A DNA stretch of 64,000 nt. It comes from Sedimentisphaerales bacterium (GTDB lineage: Bacteria > Planctomycetota > Phycisphaerae > Sedimentisphaerales > Anaerobacaceae). The notes under the pieces were generated by a model that saw only the letters and a program-made list of their open reading frames with translations, was not told the origin of the DNA and did not search any database. Positions 1 to 10,540 of the stretch are shown here, piece by piece. The stretch spans positions 288,001 through 352,000 of the forward strand of contig JAXGYC010000008.1 of the NCBI GenBank assembly GCA_040772485.1, in the 5' to 3' direction. Position numbers and translations under genes: made by a program. Positions within the stretch are counted from its first letter, which is position 1. Each line of letters starts with the position of its first letter.

Positions 1-2
1 AC

Positions 3-662
3 ACCGCCTACATCGAGACCAACCGCAATATCACCAAGGCCAAGGGCCTGGATGCCGGCAAGAGCCAGATCGTCAACGTCGAGTCGGGCGGCTTCGGCAA
101 GGCCCCACGCGGCGATATCGATGAACAGTTCAACGCCGCGTCCGCCAATCCGGGTATCAACACGTTCGAGAAGATGATCTCGGGCGCCTATCTCGGCCCG
201 CTCTGCCTGGCCACGATTCGCCGAGCCGCCGAGGAAGGCCTGTTCGCCAAATCGGTGGCCAAGAAGCTGCTGGCCATAAACGAAACGACAACGAAAGACA
301 TCAGCGAGTTTCTCAGCCGCCCCGAGAGCGGCGACAACGTGCTGGGCAAGGCTCTGGCCGGCGCCGACGGGGACCTGACCGCCGTGTATTATCTCGTCGA
401 CGCGCTCATCGAACGGGCGGCGAAGCTGACCGCCACCAATCTCTCGTCGGCCGCCATCAAGTCCGGCAAAGGCCAGAACCCCTGTCGCCCGGTCTGCATC
501 GTCGCCGAGGGAACCACCTTCTACCACCTCAAGGGCCTGCGCCCCAAGGTGGAGTATTATCTCAAGCAGTATCTCGTGAACCAGAAGAACGTCTACTATG
601 AAATTGTCAGCGTGGACAACGCCACGCTTATTGGAGCGGCCATCGCAGGCCTGACAAACTAA
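3..662 (+). CDS. Hexokinase, C-terminal part (5' end outside window)
   Basis: Frame is open from base 3. Motifs IVNVESGGF, FEKMISGAYLG, VAEGT and ATLIGAAIAG are typical of the hexokinase C-terminal domain. Confidence 0.85.
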   Translation, partial: TAYIETNRNITKAKGLDAGKSQIVNVESGGFGKAPRGDIDEQFNAASANPGINTFEKMISGAYLGPLCLATIRRAAEEGLFAKSVAKKLLAINETTTKDISEFLSRPESGDNVLGKALAGADGDLTAVYYLVDALIERAAKLTATNLSSAAIKSGKGQNPCRPVCIVAEGTTFYHLKGLRPKVEYYLKQYLVNQKNVYYEIVSVDNATLIGAAIAGLTN

Positions 663-666
663 TCCC

Positions 667-3021
667 ATGCCAGAAGACACACCTGTAGTTCTCACACCGG
701 TAGAGGAGGCCGCCGTCAAGGCCTCCTCCTTCGACGTACTCTATCACCCGACGGAAAAGATCCCGACGATCGTGGTCGACAATTTTCCCGCGCTGGGCAA
801 GCTGGCCGCGATGCGCTTTGTCGAGTGGGTTCAGAACCACCCCGGCGGCGTCATCAGCCTGCCCACGGGAAAGAGCCCCGAGCACTTCATCCGATGGGTC
901 CAGCGTCTGTTGGCGAACTGGAACAAACGCGAGACGCACAAGATTCTCGAAGAGGCCGGCGTCGATCCGGCCAGGAAACCCGACATGGCAAGTCTGCACT
1001 TCGTGCAGATCGACGACTTCTACCCGCTGGATTCGGCCCAGCACAACAGCTTCTATCACTATGTGAAGCATTTCTACATTGAGGGTTTCGGCCTCGATCC
1101 GGCCAAGGCCCTGCTGATCGATTCGACCGCGATCGGCCTGCGACCGGGTGAAACGCTGGCGAGCGTGTGGCCCGACAAGCACGTGGACCTCACGCTGCGG
1201 TATCGCCTCGCGCGGACCAATCTCGAACACCGGCAGAAGACGCTGCTCGAGGACATCGACCAGTGGTGCATGGAGTACGAGCGTCGCATTCGCCAGCTCG
1301 GCGGGATCGGCTTCTTCCTCGGCGGGATCGGCCCGGACGGCCACATCGGCTTCAATATCAAGGGCTCCGACCACAATTCGACGACGCGCCTGTGCTCGAC
1401 CAACTACGAGACGCAGGCGGCGGCCGCCACCGACCTGGGCGGCATCGAGATCGCCCGCCAGTGCCTGGTCATCACCATCGGCCTGCGCACCATCACACGC
1501 AATCCCGACTGCACAGCGATCGTCATTGCGGCCGGTCAGGCGAAGGCGGCCCTGGCGGCCGAGGCGATTCAGGCGCAGACGCACATCAACATTCCCGCGA
1601 GCTGCCTCCAGTTGTTGCCCAACGCGCGATTCTACGTCACGCGGGGCGCCGCCGCCAATCTGACCGAACGGCGAGTCGTCACCCTTCAGAAGACGGAAAC
1701 CGTCAGCGACGACGAGGTCGAGAAGATCCTTGTGGAACTGGCGGTGCAGCGCAACAAGCGCCTGCTCGATCTGACCGACGAGGATGGTCACGCCCACCCG
1801 CTGGCGGCGCTCGTTCTGCAACGTCGCGGACAGAAGATCAAGGACCTGGCGCAGACGGTCCACGACCGCCTGATCGCCAAGATCGAGGCGGGCGGCAACA
1901 TCCAGAAGGACCGGTGTTTCCTGCATACCGAGCCGCACCATGACGACGTCATGCTCGGCTACTTCGCGCAGGTCGTTCGCCATTTCCGCCGCCGGACCAA
2001 CCAGCATCATTTCATGACGCTGACCAGCGGCTTCACTGCGGTGACCAACGAATTCATGCGGGCCCAGATGGCCAACCTTCGCCGCTTCCTCGAAGCCGGC
2101 ACGTTCGCCGAGCTGATCGCCCAGGGCTACTTCGAACAGAACAACATGATCGACCGCAATCGCGACGTCTGGCAGTACCTCGACGGGGTCGCCGGCCGCG
2201 ACGAGCATGAGAAAGCGGAAGGCAACGCCCGCCGCATGTTGCGTAACCTGATCGAACTGTTCGACGGAGACTTCCTGAACCACATCGATCGGTACACCAG
2301 TGAAATCGAGGAGTACTTCGCCACGACCTACCCGGGCAAGAAGGACCCGGAGCCCATCCAGAAACTCAAGGGCATGTGCCGCGAGTGGGAAGCGGAGTGT
2401 CTCTGGGGCTATTATGGCTGGCAGTGCGAGAACGTCCGCCACCTCCGCCTGAGCTTCTACACCGGGGACATCTTCACCAAAGAGCCGACGATGGACCGCG
2501 ACGTCCCGCCCATCGTCGCCGAATTGGAACGCATCAACCCCGATGTCATCACCGTCGCCTTCGACCCGGAGGCCAGCGGGCCGGACACGCACTACAAGGT
2601 CATGCAGGCCCTGGCCGAGGCGATCCGCATCTACCTGAAGAAGAGCCAGAAACCCGACCTGAAGATCTGGGGCTATCGCAACGTCTGGTTCCGCTTCGAC
2701 CCGTCGGAGGCCAACGTCTTAGTGCCCATCTCGCTGGCCATGTTCGCCATCCTGGACGACGCCTTCATGAACGCCTTCATCACGCAGAAGGACGCATCGT
2801 TCCCGAGCTATGAATACGATGGACCCTTCTCGCTGCTGGCTCAGCGCGTCCAGGTCGAGCAATACCGCAAGATCAAGACCTGCCTGGGTCGCGAGTGGTT
2901 CCACAACCACACCAGCGCGATGATCCGCGCGGCGCGCGGCCTGGTCTTTCTGCGGGAGATGTCACCCGACGAGTTCTTCCAGTCCTGTCGCGAGCTGCGC
3001 CAGTCCGTCGAGGCCCGCTGA
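667..3021 (+). CDS. nagB: Glucosamine-6-phosphate deaminase fused to a PIG-L/LmbE-like deacetylase-type domain
   Basis: N-terminal half has SLPTGKSP and LGGIGPDGHIGFN (NagB). C-terminal half has EPHHDD and PDTHY (PIG-L-like). Starts 4 nt after the hexokinase stop. Confidence 0.85.
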   Translation: MPEDTPVVLTPVEEAAVKASSFDVLYHPTEKIPTIVVDNFPALGKLAAMRFVEWVQNHPGGVISLPTGKSPEHFIRWVQRLLANWNKRETHKILEEAGVDPARKPDMASLHFVQIDDFYPLDSAQHNSFYHYVKHFYIEGFGLDPAKALLIDSTAIGLRPGETLASVWPDKHVDLTLRYRLARTNLEHRQKTLLEDIDQWCMEYERRIRQLGGIGFFLGGIGPDGHIGFNIKGSDHNSTTRLCSTNYETQAAAATDLGGIEIARQCLVITIGLRTITRNPDCTAIVIAAGQAKAALAAEAIQAQTHINIPASCLQLLPNARFYVTRGAAANLTERRVVTLQKTETVSDDEVEKILVELAVQRNKRLLDLTDEDGHAHPLAALVLQRRGQKIKDLAQTVHDRLIAKIEAGGNIQKDRCFLHTEPHHDDVMLGYFAQVVRHFRRRTNQHHFMTLTSGFTAVTNEFMRAQMANLRRFLEAGTFAELIAQGYFEQNNMIDRNRDVWQYLDGVAGRDEHEKAEGNARRMLRNLIELFDGDFLNHIDRYTSEIEEYFATTYPGKKDPEPIQKLKGMCREWEAECLWGYYGWQCENVRHLRLSFYTGDIFTKEPTMDRDVPPIVAELERINPDVITVAFDPEASGPDTHYKVMQALAEAIRIYLKKSQKPDLKIWGYRNVWFRFDPSEANVLVPISLAMFAILDDAFMNAFITQKDASFPSYEYDGPFSLLAQRVQVEQYRKIKTCLGREWFHNHTSAMIRAARGLVFLREMSPDEFFQSCRELRQSVEAR

Positions 3022-3094
3022 GGCGGGTGCGACGTGCTCTCGGGATCGTCGGCAGGGTCGAACGATTCGAGAAAAACAACGCGAGGGCAAGGCC

Positions 3095-5197
3095 ATGTCG
3101 AGATCGACGTTGCGGTGGAGCCATCTATTCGTACTGCTGTTCGTTCCTGTCGCCTGGACGGAGCCTTTCGATCCCGGCGCTTCAGACTACGCCGGTCACC
3201 AAGGCGCAACGATCTACGTCTCCTTGCGTGGTGACAACTCGGACGGGCGCAGTTGGGCCACGGCGTTCCACACGATTCAGGCGGCTCTTCTGGCGGTCCC
3301 CGACGACCAGGGCGGCCATCGCGTCCTGGTCGCGCCCGGCAAGTACGCGGAGGCCAACCTCTATCCATCCTTCAAAGGGGCCCAAGGCTCCTACAACCTG
3401 CTGATCGGTGACACGGACGGTACGTACGGCTCCGGGCAGACCGGCCGCGTCGTGATCGATTCGGGCGCTCCGGCCGTCGTGGTCCGCACCAATCCGAACG
3501 CCCCAACCGGCAATCCCACCTGGATGATCCTGGACCAGGGCGATCCGGCGGCGGAGTGGGGCCTCAAGAGCGTGGACTGGTGGGGACCGTGGAAGTGCGC
3601 GCCGGAGTTCTCCGGCATCATCTGGGACCGCTGGATCTTTCGCAATCTCTATGTCACCGGCTCGGAAGGCGGCATGGGAGTAGATATCACCAACACGAAG
3701 GGATCGGAGTTCTCCTTCGTCGTGGACCGCTGCATCGGGATTGGCCGCTTTGCTGGAGCCGCCGTCATGGCGCACAAGCCTCGCCCGGGCGAACCGGTCG
3801 TGTTCCGCAACAGCTACTTCGCCAATCTCGACTGGTGGGGCGACGCAGGCGCTGTCTACGTGCGCGGTGAAGACGGCTCGATGCCTGACGTACCTCATGC
3901 GACGTTCGAGAACTGTACGCTCGTCGGTCCCGACAACGCCTTGCAGGCGGGCTATCCGGGCGTCGATGAACTCTACACGCGGGTTCGATTCAAGGACTGC
4001 AAACTGATCGTGCTGAACTTCTCGCAGCCGCACGGCACCCCTTCGACCGGCGTGATCTGCTGCGGCTGCAAGAAGGCCGAGCAACTGCACGTTGACTTCG
4101 AAGACTGCACGCTCATGGGATACCAGATCTTTGGCGCCACCGAAGCCCAGGGGCGCAAGCTCAACGGCAACGTCTCCTACACCGTCAAGGGCCGAGTCCG
4201 GGCCTACGTGCAATACCGCCAGCCGGTCCCGCAGGGCATGGAGAGACTGCGCTACTGGCCCGTGGAGACGTTCGACGATCTGATCCCGGACCGATGGGTT
4301 CCGGCCGGTGACAAACCCCGGCGCCCCGTGCTCGTGAAGATTCCCACGAACTTCGGCGCCGCGATGGAGAACACGCCCTTCGTCTACAAAGGCACACCGT
4401 ACCTGGCCCTGAACCATCGCAACGACGCCAAGGACCGGGTTGGCGACTACGCCAGCGAACAGAACATGCACCTCTATATCCAGAACCTCAACACCGGCGC
4501 ACGGGTGGCCCGTTTCGGCGCAGGACACTCCTTCGTCTCGGCCTTCGTCGACGGCGATATGCTGCGCATCTTCGCCAGCCAGGGGACCAACGACGACTGG
4601 TTCCAGAGCATCTACCAGTTCACCACCACCGACATGCAGCACTGGGACCGCAAGCTGGCGATCCCGCTCGAAGGCGATGAGCATCTGTTCAACTGTTCCG
4701 TAACGTGCGGCGAGAAGGACTACGTGATGGCCTACGAGTCCAACCAGCCGGTGGCGTTCTGCTTCAAGTTCGCCCGCTCGAAGGACCTGGATTCGTGGGA
4801 GAAGGTCCCAGGTCTGATCTTCACGGGAGTGAACAACGAGTATTCCGCCTGTCCCGTGCTGCGATATTTCGCGCCTTACTATTACGTGATCTACCTCCAC
4901 GCAGCCATCCCGGGTCATAACGGGTGGGTCCCCTTCCTGGCGCGATCGAGGGATCTGATCGCGTGGGACCTTTCGCCGTTCAATCCGATCATGGAGGCCG
5001 CAGCCGGAGAGGGAATCAACAACTCCGACATCGACCTGTTCGAGTACGAGAGACGCACCTACGTCTACTACGCCACCGGCGACCAGGCCACCTGGGGAAC
5101 GGTCCGCATCGCGATGTTCGATGGGCCCATGCAGCAGTTCTACGAGAGCCACTTCCCCGAGGACGCCGCGATGGTCAGAGTTTCGACGCAGCGTTAG
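3095..5197 (+). CDS. Secreted hypothetical protein: beta-helix-like N-domain plus beta-propeller glycosidase-like C-domain
   Basis: Signal peptide; IYVS..GD..DGRSWATAFHTIQAA start typical of beta-helix proteins; ARSKDLDSWE and ARSRDLIAW propeller repeats. Confidence 0.6.
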   Translation: MSRSTLRWSHLFVLLFVPVAWTEPFDPGASDYAGHQGATIYVSLRGDNSDGRSWATAFHTIQAALLAVPDDQGGHRVLVAPGKYAEANLYPSFKGAQGSYNLLIGDTDGTYGSGQTGRVVIDSGAPAVVVRTNPNAPTGNPTWMILDQGDPAAEWGLKSVDWWGPWKCAPEFSGIIWDRWIFRNLYVTGSEGGMGVDITNTKGSEFSFVVDRCIGIGRFAGAAVMAHKPRPGEPVVFRNSYFANLDWWGDAGAVYVRGEDGSMPDVPHATFENCTLVGPDNALQAGYPGVDELYTRVRFKDCKLIVLNFSQPHGTPSTGVICCGCKKAEQLHVDFEDCTLMGYQIFGATEAQGRKLNGNVSYTVKGRVRAYVQYRQPVPQGMERLRYWPVETFDDLIPDRWVPAGDKPRRPVLVKIPTNFGAAMENTPFVYKGTPYLALNHRNDAKDRVGDYASEQNMHLYIQNLNTGARVARFGAGHSFVSAFVDGDMLRIFASQGTNDDWFQSIYQFTTTDMQHWDRKLAIPLEGDEHLFNCSVTCGEKDYVMAYESNQPVAFCFKFARSKDLDSWEKVPGLIFTGVNNEYSACPVLRYFAPYYYVIYLHAAIPGHNGWVPFLARSRDLIAWDLSPFNPIMEAAAGEGINNSDIDLFEYERRTYVYYATGDQATWGTVRIAMFDGPMQQFYESHFPEDAAMVRVSTQR

Positions 5198-5392
5198 ACC
5201 GTCGGCGCCATCCAATCGTCAGAGAAGGGAAAAGGCTTACCGGCGCTGACGCGGCGTTTGCATCCGCCCGATCCGACCGGCGGACCGCCACGCATTCATA
5301 CGGGTACTGAACTCGGCGCGGTCACTTTGCGCCTGTCCTGCTCACGATGTCACCTGACACCGCGTCCGGCGAATCCTCCGTGACCGAAGAAG

Positions 5393-5424
5393 AAAAAAGG
5401 CCCCGGCGATGTGAACGGGGCCTT
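5393..5424 (-). terminator. Rho-independent terminator of the cold-shock gene
   Basis: AAGGCCCCG...CGGGGCCTT stem followed by a U-run on the minus strand, about 30 nt after the csp stop. Confidence 0.8.
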
Positions 5425-5454
5425 GCGTTTGGCTGCTTATCTGCCGCTGGGTAC

Positions 5455-5658
5455 TCAGCAGGGTGTGACGCTCTGCGCCTCGGGGCCTTTCCTGCCCTGG
5501 GCGGCGACATACTCTACCGTCTGACCCTCGGCCAGCGTCTTGAACCCACTGCCGTTGATGTTGGAGTGGTGGACAAACAGATCCTCGCTGCCGTCGTCAG
5601 GAACGATGAATCCGAAGCCCTTCTGATCGTTGAACCATTTTACTGTACCTTTTGCCAC
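5455..5658 (-). CDS. cspA: Cold-shock protein (67 aa, GTG start)
   Basis: [17 protein letters not shown]...DLFVHHSNI (RNP1/RNP2); AAGGAG RBS before the GTG at 5658. Confidence 0.95.
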   Translation of the reverse strand: MAKGTVKWFNDQKGFGFIVPDDGSEDLFVHHSNINGSGFKTLAEGQTVEYVAAQGRKGPEAQSVTPC

Positions 5659-5761
5659 AATGTTCTCCTTGGGTCCACAGGGACCCACAACGCACGTTCC
5701 CTCTGTTTTTTTCGTAAGGGGCAGACTTCGAGGGGAAAGCATACACCTTGACTTGACGTGC

Positions 5762-5791
5762 ACTCTACACAACAAACGATCCGACTGTCAA
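5762..5791 (-). promoter_or_regulatory. Sigma70-type promoter of csp
   Basis: TTGACA-18nt-TAGAGT on the minus strand with an AT-rich upstream element; implies a ~100-nt 5' UTR, as is typical for csp genes. Confidence 0.6.
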
Positions 5792-5884
5792 CAAAATAAA
5801 CTCCAAAATGGAGAAAAAGGCTCAAGTTGGCGAGCCTTTGGCACGCCATCGGGGCGATCGCATTTCATGAATCCCCGTCGGTCC

Positions 5885-7345
5885 TCACGTCGGCGTGTGG
5901 GCGGCGGGCGGATCATGGCGACGATTGACATATTGCTCGATCAGTCGCCGGACCTCATTGTGCTGGGGCGTTTCCTCTTCGTTCAGCGCCTGCGTGGCCC
6001 GATCGAATCGCTGCGGCTCCGTCTCGTGAACTCGGCGCAGCAACGCCAGGGTTTCGCGCCGCAGTTGTGGGACGTGCAAATCCATCATCAGCCCCGCATC
6101 GGCACCCTGCCCGTAGACCCGTTCGAGAGACGATCGCTTGGCGAAGGTCTGGAGGAACGTCTTCTCGAGAAGAACGATCTCCTGGATGTTGAGCTGCCGC
6201 GTCTCGATCCGCTTCTTCAGTTCGGCCAGTTCCGCGACTCCCAGCATGTGAAGCACGTGGTCCAGCGTTCGACAGGGCAGCATTCGCGTCCGCGTGATTT
6301 GCGGCAGCATCTTTCTCTGGGCGCTCAGGAAGACGACCAGCATCCGTTGCGCCTCGTCCCTCAGATGCAGTTGTTGCTGCCTTCGAACCAGTTCGAACTG
6401 CCAGCCACAGTTCTCGTCGCGCGGCCTTCCGTCCCGGATCATGGCGACGAGGTTTGCGGCCTCTCGCGCCGCCGCCTGCTGAATGCGCCCCAGCGTCTCC
6501 TCGTTCAAGACGTCCGGGACGTGCGGCCCCGGCCGGTCTTCCACCGCGGTCGAGTCATCCGGGGCAGATGCCGCCGGCGTTGGCGGCGCCAGCGGCCTTC
6601 CTTCCTTGAGATCTCGCATGAACAGCAGAAAGCTGTTGATCGTCTCCTGGTTCTCGCCTCGCTCGTGGAGGCCGCTCAGCAGCTTCTTCCAGGCTTTGTA
6701 GCGCTTCTCGTCCTGGAAGTACTCGCGGGCATCGACCGCCAGACTCGAGGGAACGTCGGCGATGATGCTGTCCTCGGTGAGCGTTTTGATGCCCTTCAAG
6801 ACGGTGAACATGTACTCCTTGTACCGCTGGGCATGTCCCTCTTCGAATCGGCGCAGGCGGCTGAGGGCGACCCGAACGTTGTCGAGCATGAGATCGTTGA
6901 CCGTCAGCACGTAGGCGGGCACTTGCTCGGCCTGACTGAATTGCGTGACCTCGGCCATGCCCGCCAGCAGACCGCCTTCGGTTGCCTCCTCCTGGGGTTC
7001 CGGCTCGGCGGACGCGGCCTCCTCCTGAATCCTCTTGAGCAGTTCATCCACGCCGCGCACCGCCCGCTTGAGCAGTCGGTCGTGCGAGCCATAGTAGAAC
7101 CGAAGTGGATCGATGATCTTGATCGCGACGATCCCCAACAGTGCCGCCGCCACCCAGACCAGAATCTTGCCCCAGCGATGCAACGTCTCGTGAATACGGT
7201 CGAACTGGTCGAATCCGCGTCGCTCGAGCTCCGTCTGCACCTCGTCCTCGTCGTTGGCCTGGCCCCAGAGCGGGGCGGCCAGCGTCAGTGCAACCAGGCA
7301 GGCCAGAAGCAGGACCCACAGCTTGCCGCCTTGAGCAAAGCGCAT
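5885..7345 (-). CDS. Hypothetical membrane-anchored helical protein
   Basis: Start placed at MRFAQGG; signal peptide, one further TM segment, then a large alpha-helical region. Confidence 0.7.
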   Translation of the reverse strand: MRFAQGGKLWVLLLACLVALTLAAPLWGQANDEDEVQTELERRGFDQFDRIHETLHRWGKILVWVAAALLGIVAIKIIDPLRFYYGSHDRLLKRAVRGVDELLKRIQEEAASAEPEPQEEATEGGLLAGMAEVTQFSQAEQVPAYVLTVNDLMLDNVRVALSRLRRFEEGHAQRYKEYMFTVLKGIKTLTEDSIIADVPSSLAVDAREYFQDEKRYKAWKKLLSGLHERGENQETINSFLLFMRDLKEGRPLAPPTPAASAPDDSTAVEDRPGPHVPDVLNEETLGRIQQAAAREAANLVAMIRDGRPRDENCGWQFELVRRQQQLHLRDEAQRMLVVFLSAQRKMLPQITRTRMLPCRTLDHVLHMLGVAELAELKKRIETRQLNIQEIVLLEKTFLQTFAKRSSLERVYGQGADAGLMMDLHVPQLRRETLALLRRVHETEPQRFDRATQALNEEETPQHNEVRRLIEQYVNRRHDPPAAHTPT

Positions 7346-7535
7346 TCGACGACCTTTCCAAACGAGGGCAGGGCGGGCCGGCGTCCTCGAATCCCAATCC
7401 GATCCCAGCCGGGCAGGCGGGGGCAGCGTGCAACGGCGCGTCCCACGCCTGGTGCCATTCGTCGGCCGCACGTCTACCGGTTCATTCTACCAGTTTCGTC
7501 GGGTCCGAGGCCAGCCCATATCCAGGGAAACCCAG

Positions 7536-7560
7536 GTAGGGGCGAGGCATGCCTCGCCCT
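7536..7560. repeat. REP, family A (GTAG-GGGCGAGGCATGCCTCGCCC)
   Basis: GTAG foot plus perfect palindrome; about 10 related copies in the window. Confidence 0.85.
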
Positions 7561-7608
7561 GCGGATCGGACGGCAACGGTGTTCGTGACCCGGGACGGTC
7601 GCGGCGGG

Positions 7609-9123
7609 TCACTCGTGGAACCTGTATTCCTTGACCTTCCTGGGCCCGCGCAGGTTGCCTTTGAAATCTCCCTCCCGCCGCAACGGGATTTGCATGCCGC
7701 CGGTCTCTTCGAGCCATGAATACAGCCGCTCGCGCAGTTCCTCGATCCGCTCCTGCTGCCCGGGCTCGTCGATGAGGTTGTGCATCTCATCCGGGTCATC
7801 TTTCAGGTCGTACAGCTCGTCGGTGTCCCAGATGCCGTGGTAGTGGATGAACTTGTAGCGGTCGGTGCGCACGCCGAAGGTGGTCGGCGTCTGGGGGAAC
7901 GCCGCCTCCCAGTAGTACTCATAAAACACCGCGTCCCGCCACGGCGTGTCTTTGCCCTCCAGCAGCGGAAGGAACGACCGCCCGTCCATATGTTCCGGCG
8001 CGCGAACGCCCGCCGCTTCCAGCACCGTCGGCGCCACGTCGATGTTCTGCACGAGCGGCGTGACCTTCGTGCCGGGCTTGATCAGCTCGGGGCAGTGCGC
8101 CAGGAAGGGCACGCGCATCGACGGCTCGTACATGTGCCGCTTGTCGATCAGGCCGTGCTCGCCGAAGCAGAAGCCGTTGTCGCCCATGTAAAACACCAGA
8201 GTCGAATCGAGCTCGCCCCTCTCCTTGAGGCAGTCCAGCACGCGTCCGATGCTGTCGTCGACGCTCAGCAGCGTCTCGCAGTACCGCTTGAAGAACGTGT
8301 CGAAGTCCATCTGCCCGTGGTACATGTAGTCCACGCCGTGCCAACTGTTCCGCTGCTCCTTGACCCAGGCGGGCTTGCCCTTGTAGTTCTCCTCCGTGTC
8401 CGCCATGCTCCTGGGGTACTCCACCGTGGCATTCTCGTACCTGCCCAGGTGTCTCTTGGCCGGCTCGAACATCGCGTGGACCGCCTTGTGCGACAGGTAG
8501 AGGAAGAACGGCTTGTCGCGTTTCTGTTTGATCCAGTCGATCACGTAGTCGGTCAGCTCGTCGCAGATATGCTTGGTGGCCCGCGTCTGCCTGCCGTCGA
8601 CGTTCAACTGGCAGTTGTAGTATTCCCCCTGCCCGCGGAAGCTGATCCAGCGATCGAACCCCGGCCGCGGCGCATCGTCGTCGTGGCCCATGTGCCATTT
8701 GCCCATGAAGGCGGTCTCGTAGCCAAGCTGCTGGAGGTACTGCGGGAAGAAGACGAGGTCCTTGCGCACGTCCGTCTGGTTGTCGACGACGCCGTGCTTG
8801 TGCGAGAACAAGCCGGTGAGGATCGACGCCCGGCTGGGTGAGCACAGCGAGGTAGTGACGAACGCGTTCTCGATGTACGCGCCGTCGCGGGCCATGCGAT
8901 CCATATTGGGCGTTTCGAGGAACCTTGGCTTGCCCAGGAACCCCATGAAGTCGTAGCGATGGTCGTCGCACAGAATGAAGACGACGTTTCGCGGCTTGCG
9001 TCCGGCGATCTTCTGGAGCTTCACATCCTGTCCGGCAGCGACCGTCGCCGGCAGGCTCATGGCCAGCGACGCGGCCCCGGCCGTCCGCAGAAAGCTCCTT
9101 CGCGAAATGTCACCCTGTCTCAT
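7609..9123 (-). CDS. Sulfatase (S1 family), Tat-exported
   Basis: SRRSFL Tat motif; ILCDDHR, CSPSRASILTG, GKWH and GDNG..FGEHG motifs. Confidence 0.95.
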   Translation of the reverse strand: MRQGDISRRSFLRTAGAASLAMSLPATVAAGQDVKLQKIAGRKPRNVVFILCDDHRYDFMGFLGKPRFLETPNMDRMARDGAYIENAFVTTSLCSPSRASILTGLFSHKHGVVDNQTDVRKDLVFFPQYLQQLGYETAFMGKWHMGHDDDAPRPGFDRWISFRGQGEYYNCQLNVDGRQTRATKHICDELTDYVIDWIKQKRDKPFFLYLSHKAVHAMFEPAKRHLGRYENATVEYPRSMADTEENYKGKPAWVKEQRNSWHGVDYMYHGQMDFDTFFKRYCETLLSVDDSIGRVLDCLKERGELDSTLVFYMGDNGFCFGEHGLIDKRHMYEPSMRVPFLAHCPELIKPGTKVTPLVQNIDVAPTVLEAAGVRAPEHMDGRSFLPLLEGKDTPWRDAVFYEYYWEAAFPQTPTTFGVRTDRYKFIHYHGIWDTDELYDLKDDPDEMHNLIDEPGQQERIEELRERLYSWLEETGGMQIPLRREGDFKGNLRGPRKVKEYRFHE

Positions 9124-9141
9124 GGCAGCCCCTTTCTGATG

Positions 9142-9296
9142 TTGTCATTCCGACCAAGAGCTTGCCCCTTCAACTGCATTCAGGGCAGGCTCTGAGCGAA
9201 GTCGAATGGGGCGAAGCCCGCGCGGAGGAATCTGGCTGAGAGGCAGATGTGCGTCACACGCGAAGCCAGATGTCTCGACTACGCTCGACATGACAA
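9142..9296. repeat. MITE-like hairpin repeat (family D) with nested ~24-nt elements
   Basis: TTGTCA...TGACAA ends with inner arms GAGGAATCT and AGATGTCTCG; related copies at 10338 and 31547. Confidence 0.7.
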
Positions 9297-9320
9297 AAAG
9301 CGAAACATGCAGTCCCCTTC

Positions 9321-10139
9321 CTATACGCCGCTGAAGGCGGAGAAGCCGCCGTCGACGGGCACGACCACGCCCGTGACGAACTTCGCGGCGTCGCTGAGCA
9401 GCCAGATGACCGTGCCGATCAGTTCTTCCGCCTGGCCGAAGCGGCCCATCGGCGTGTGGTCGAGGATGGTCTTGCCCCGCGCGGTCAGCTCGCCGGTCTT
9501 CTCGTCGGTCAACAGGAATCGGTTCTGCTCCGTCAGGAAGAACCCCGGCGCGATCGCGTTAACCCGGACGTCCTTCGAGTAGTTCTGGCAGACGTGGACC
9601 GCCAGCCATTGGGTGAAGTTGCTCACCGCGGCCTTGGCGGCCGAGTAGGCGGCGATCTTGGTCAGCGGGCGGAACGCGTTCATGCTCGAAACATTCAGGA
9701 TGACCCCGCCGCCGCTATCGACGATGTCCCTGCCGAAGACCTGGGTCGGCAGCAGCGTCCCGATGAAGTTCAGGTCGAACACGAAGCGAATCGCCTCGGC
9801 CGGCAGGTCGAAGAACGACAGATCCGGGGACGTCGTCGCGTCCTTCTTATTGCCGCCGGCGCCGTTGATCAGCACGTCGAGCCGACCGTATGCGGCGAGC
9901 ACCTTGTCCCTGGCCTCGACGATGCTGGCCTTGTCGAGCACGTTGCACTTGACCGCGATGGCGTCGCCGCCGTCGGAGGTGATCTGGCCGACGACCTTGC
10001 CGGCGGCCGCCTCGAACAGGTCGAGCACCGCGACCTTCGCGCCCGCCCGGGCCAGCGCCCGCGCCATCTCCCCGCACAGGATGCCGCCGCCACCGGTGAC
10101 CACGATGACCTTGTCTCGAATATCGAACAGACTCTTCAT
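9321..10139 (-). CDS. SDR oxidoreductase (D-mannonate oxidoreductase-like)
   Basis: TGGGGILC, LINGAGGN, YSAAK and VNAIAPGFF motifs; AAAGGAAAAG before the ATG at 10139. Confidence 0.9.
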   Translation of the reverse strand: MKSLFDIRDKVIVVTGGGGILCGEMARALARAGAKVAVLDLFEAAAGKVVGQITSDGGDAIAVKCNVLDKASIVEARDKVLAAYGRLDVLINGAGGNKKDATTSPDLSFFDLPAEAIRFVFDLNFIGTLLPTQVFGRDIVDSGGGVILNVSSMNAFRPLTKIAAYSAAKAAVSNFTQWLAVHVCQNYSKDVRVNAIAPGFFLTEQNRFLLTDEKTGELTARGKTILDHTPMGRFGQAEELIGTVIWLLSDAAKFVTGVVVPVDGGFSAFSGV

Positions 10140-10337
10140 CCTTTTCCTTTCGCTCACCTGGCAGATCCGTCGGCGGCGCGACCTTCGCGTCCTTCCGATC
10201 TTGTCCCAAATGACTGTCGAGCCAGACTATACACCCCCGGCCCGCCGGTTTCAACCTCCGCCCGCAGCCGGTGCCCGTTGTCCGGGACCCGTGACCCGTC
10301 AGGCCGGGACCCTCCCCACACCATAAATCACTTCCTC

Positions 10338-10390
10338 TTGTCACCCCGAGCGAAGTCGAGGAGCCTGTCCTGAGCTTGCCGAAGGAGTCT
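10338..10390. repeat. Half copy of family D hairpin with nested ~24-nt element
   Basis: TTGTCACCCCGAGCGAAGTCGAGG[AGCCTGTCCTGAGCTTGCCGAAGG]AGTCT. Confidence 0.65.
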
Positions 10391-10540
10391 GGCCATAGAC
10401 GACGCGTGCCCCAGATGCTTAGCGTGGCCCTCCAGCCTCCGGCCTACGGTCTCCAGCCTCTTCTTGCGTCTTGCACGAATCCCCATGTCCCGGCACAATG
10501 GACCCGACGAATGCAGTAAGGTCCATCCAAAGGAGCCCAC

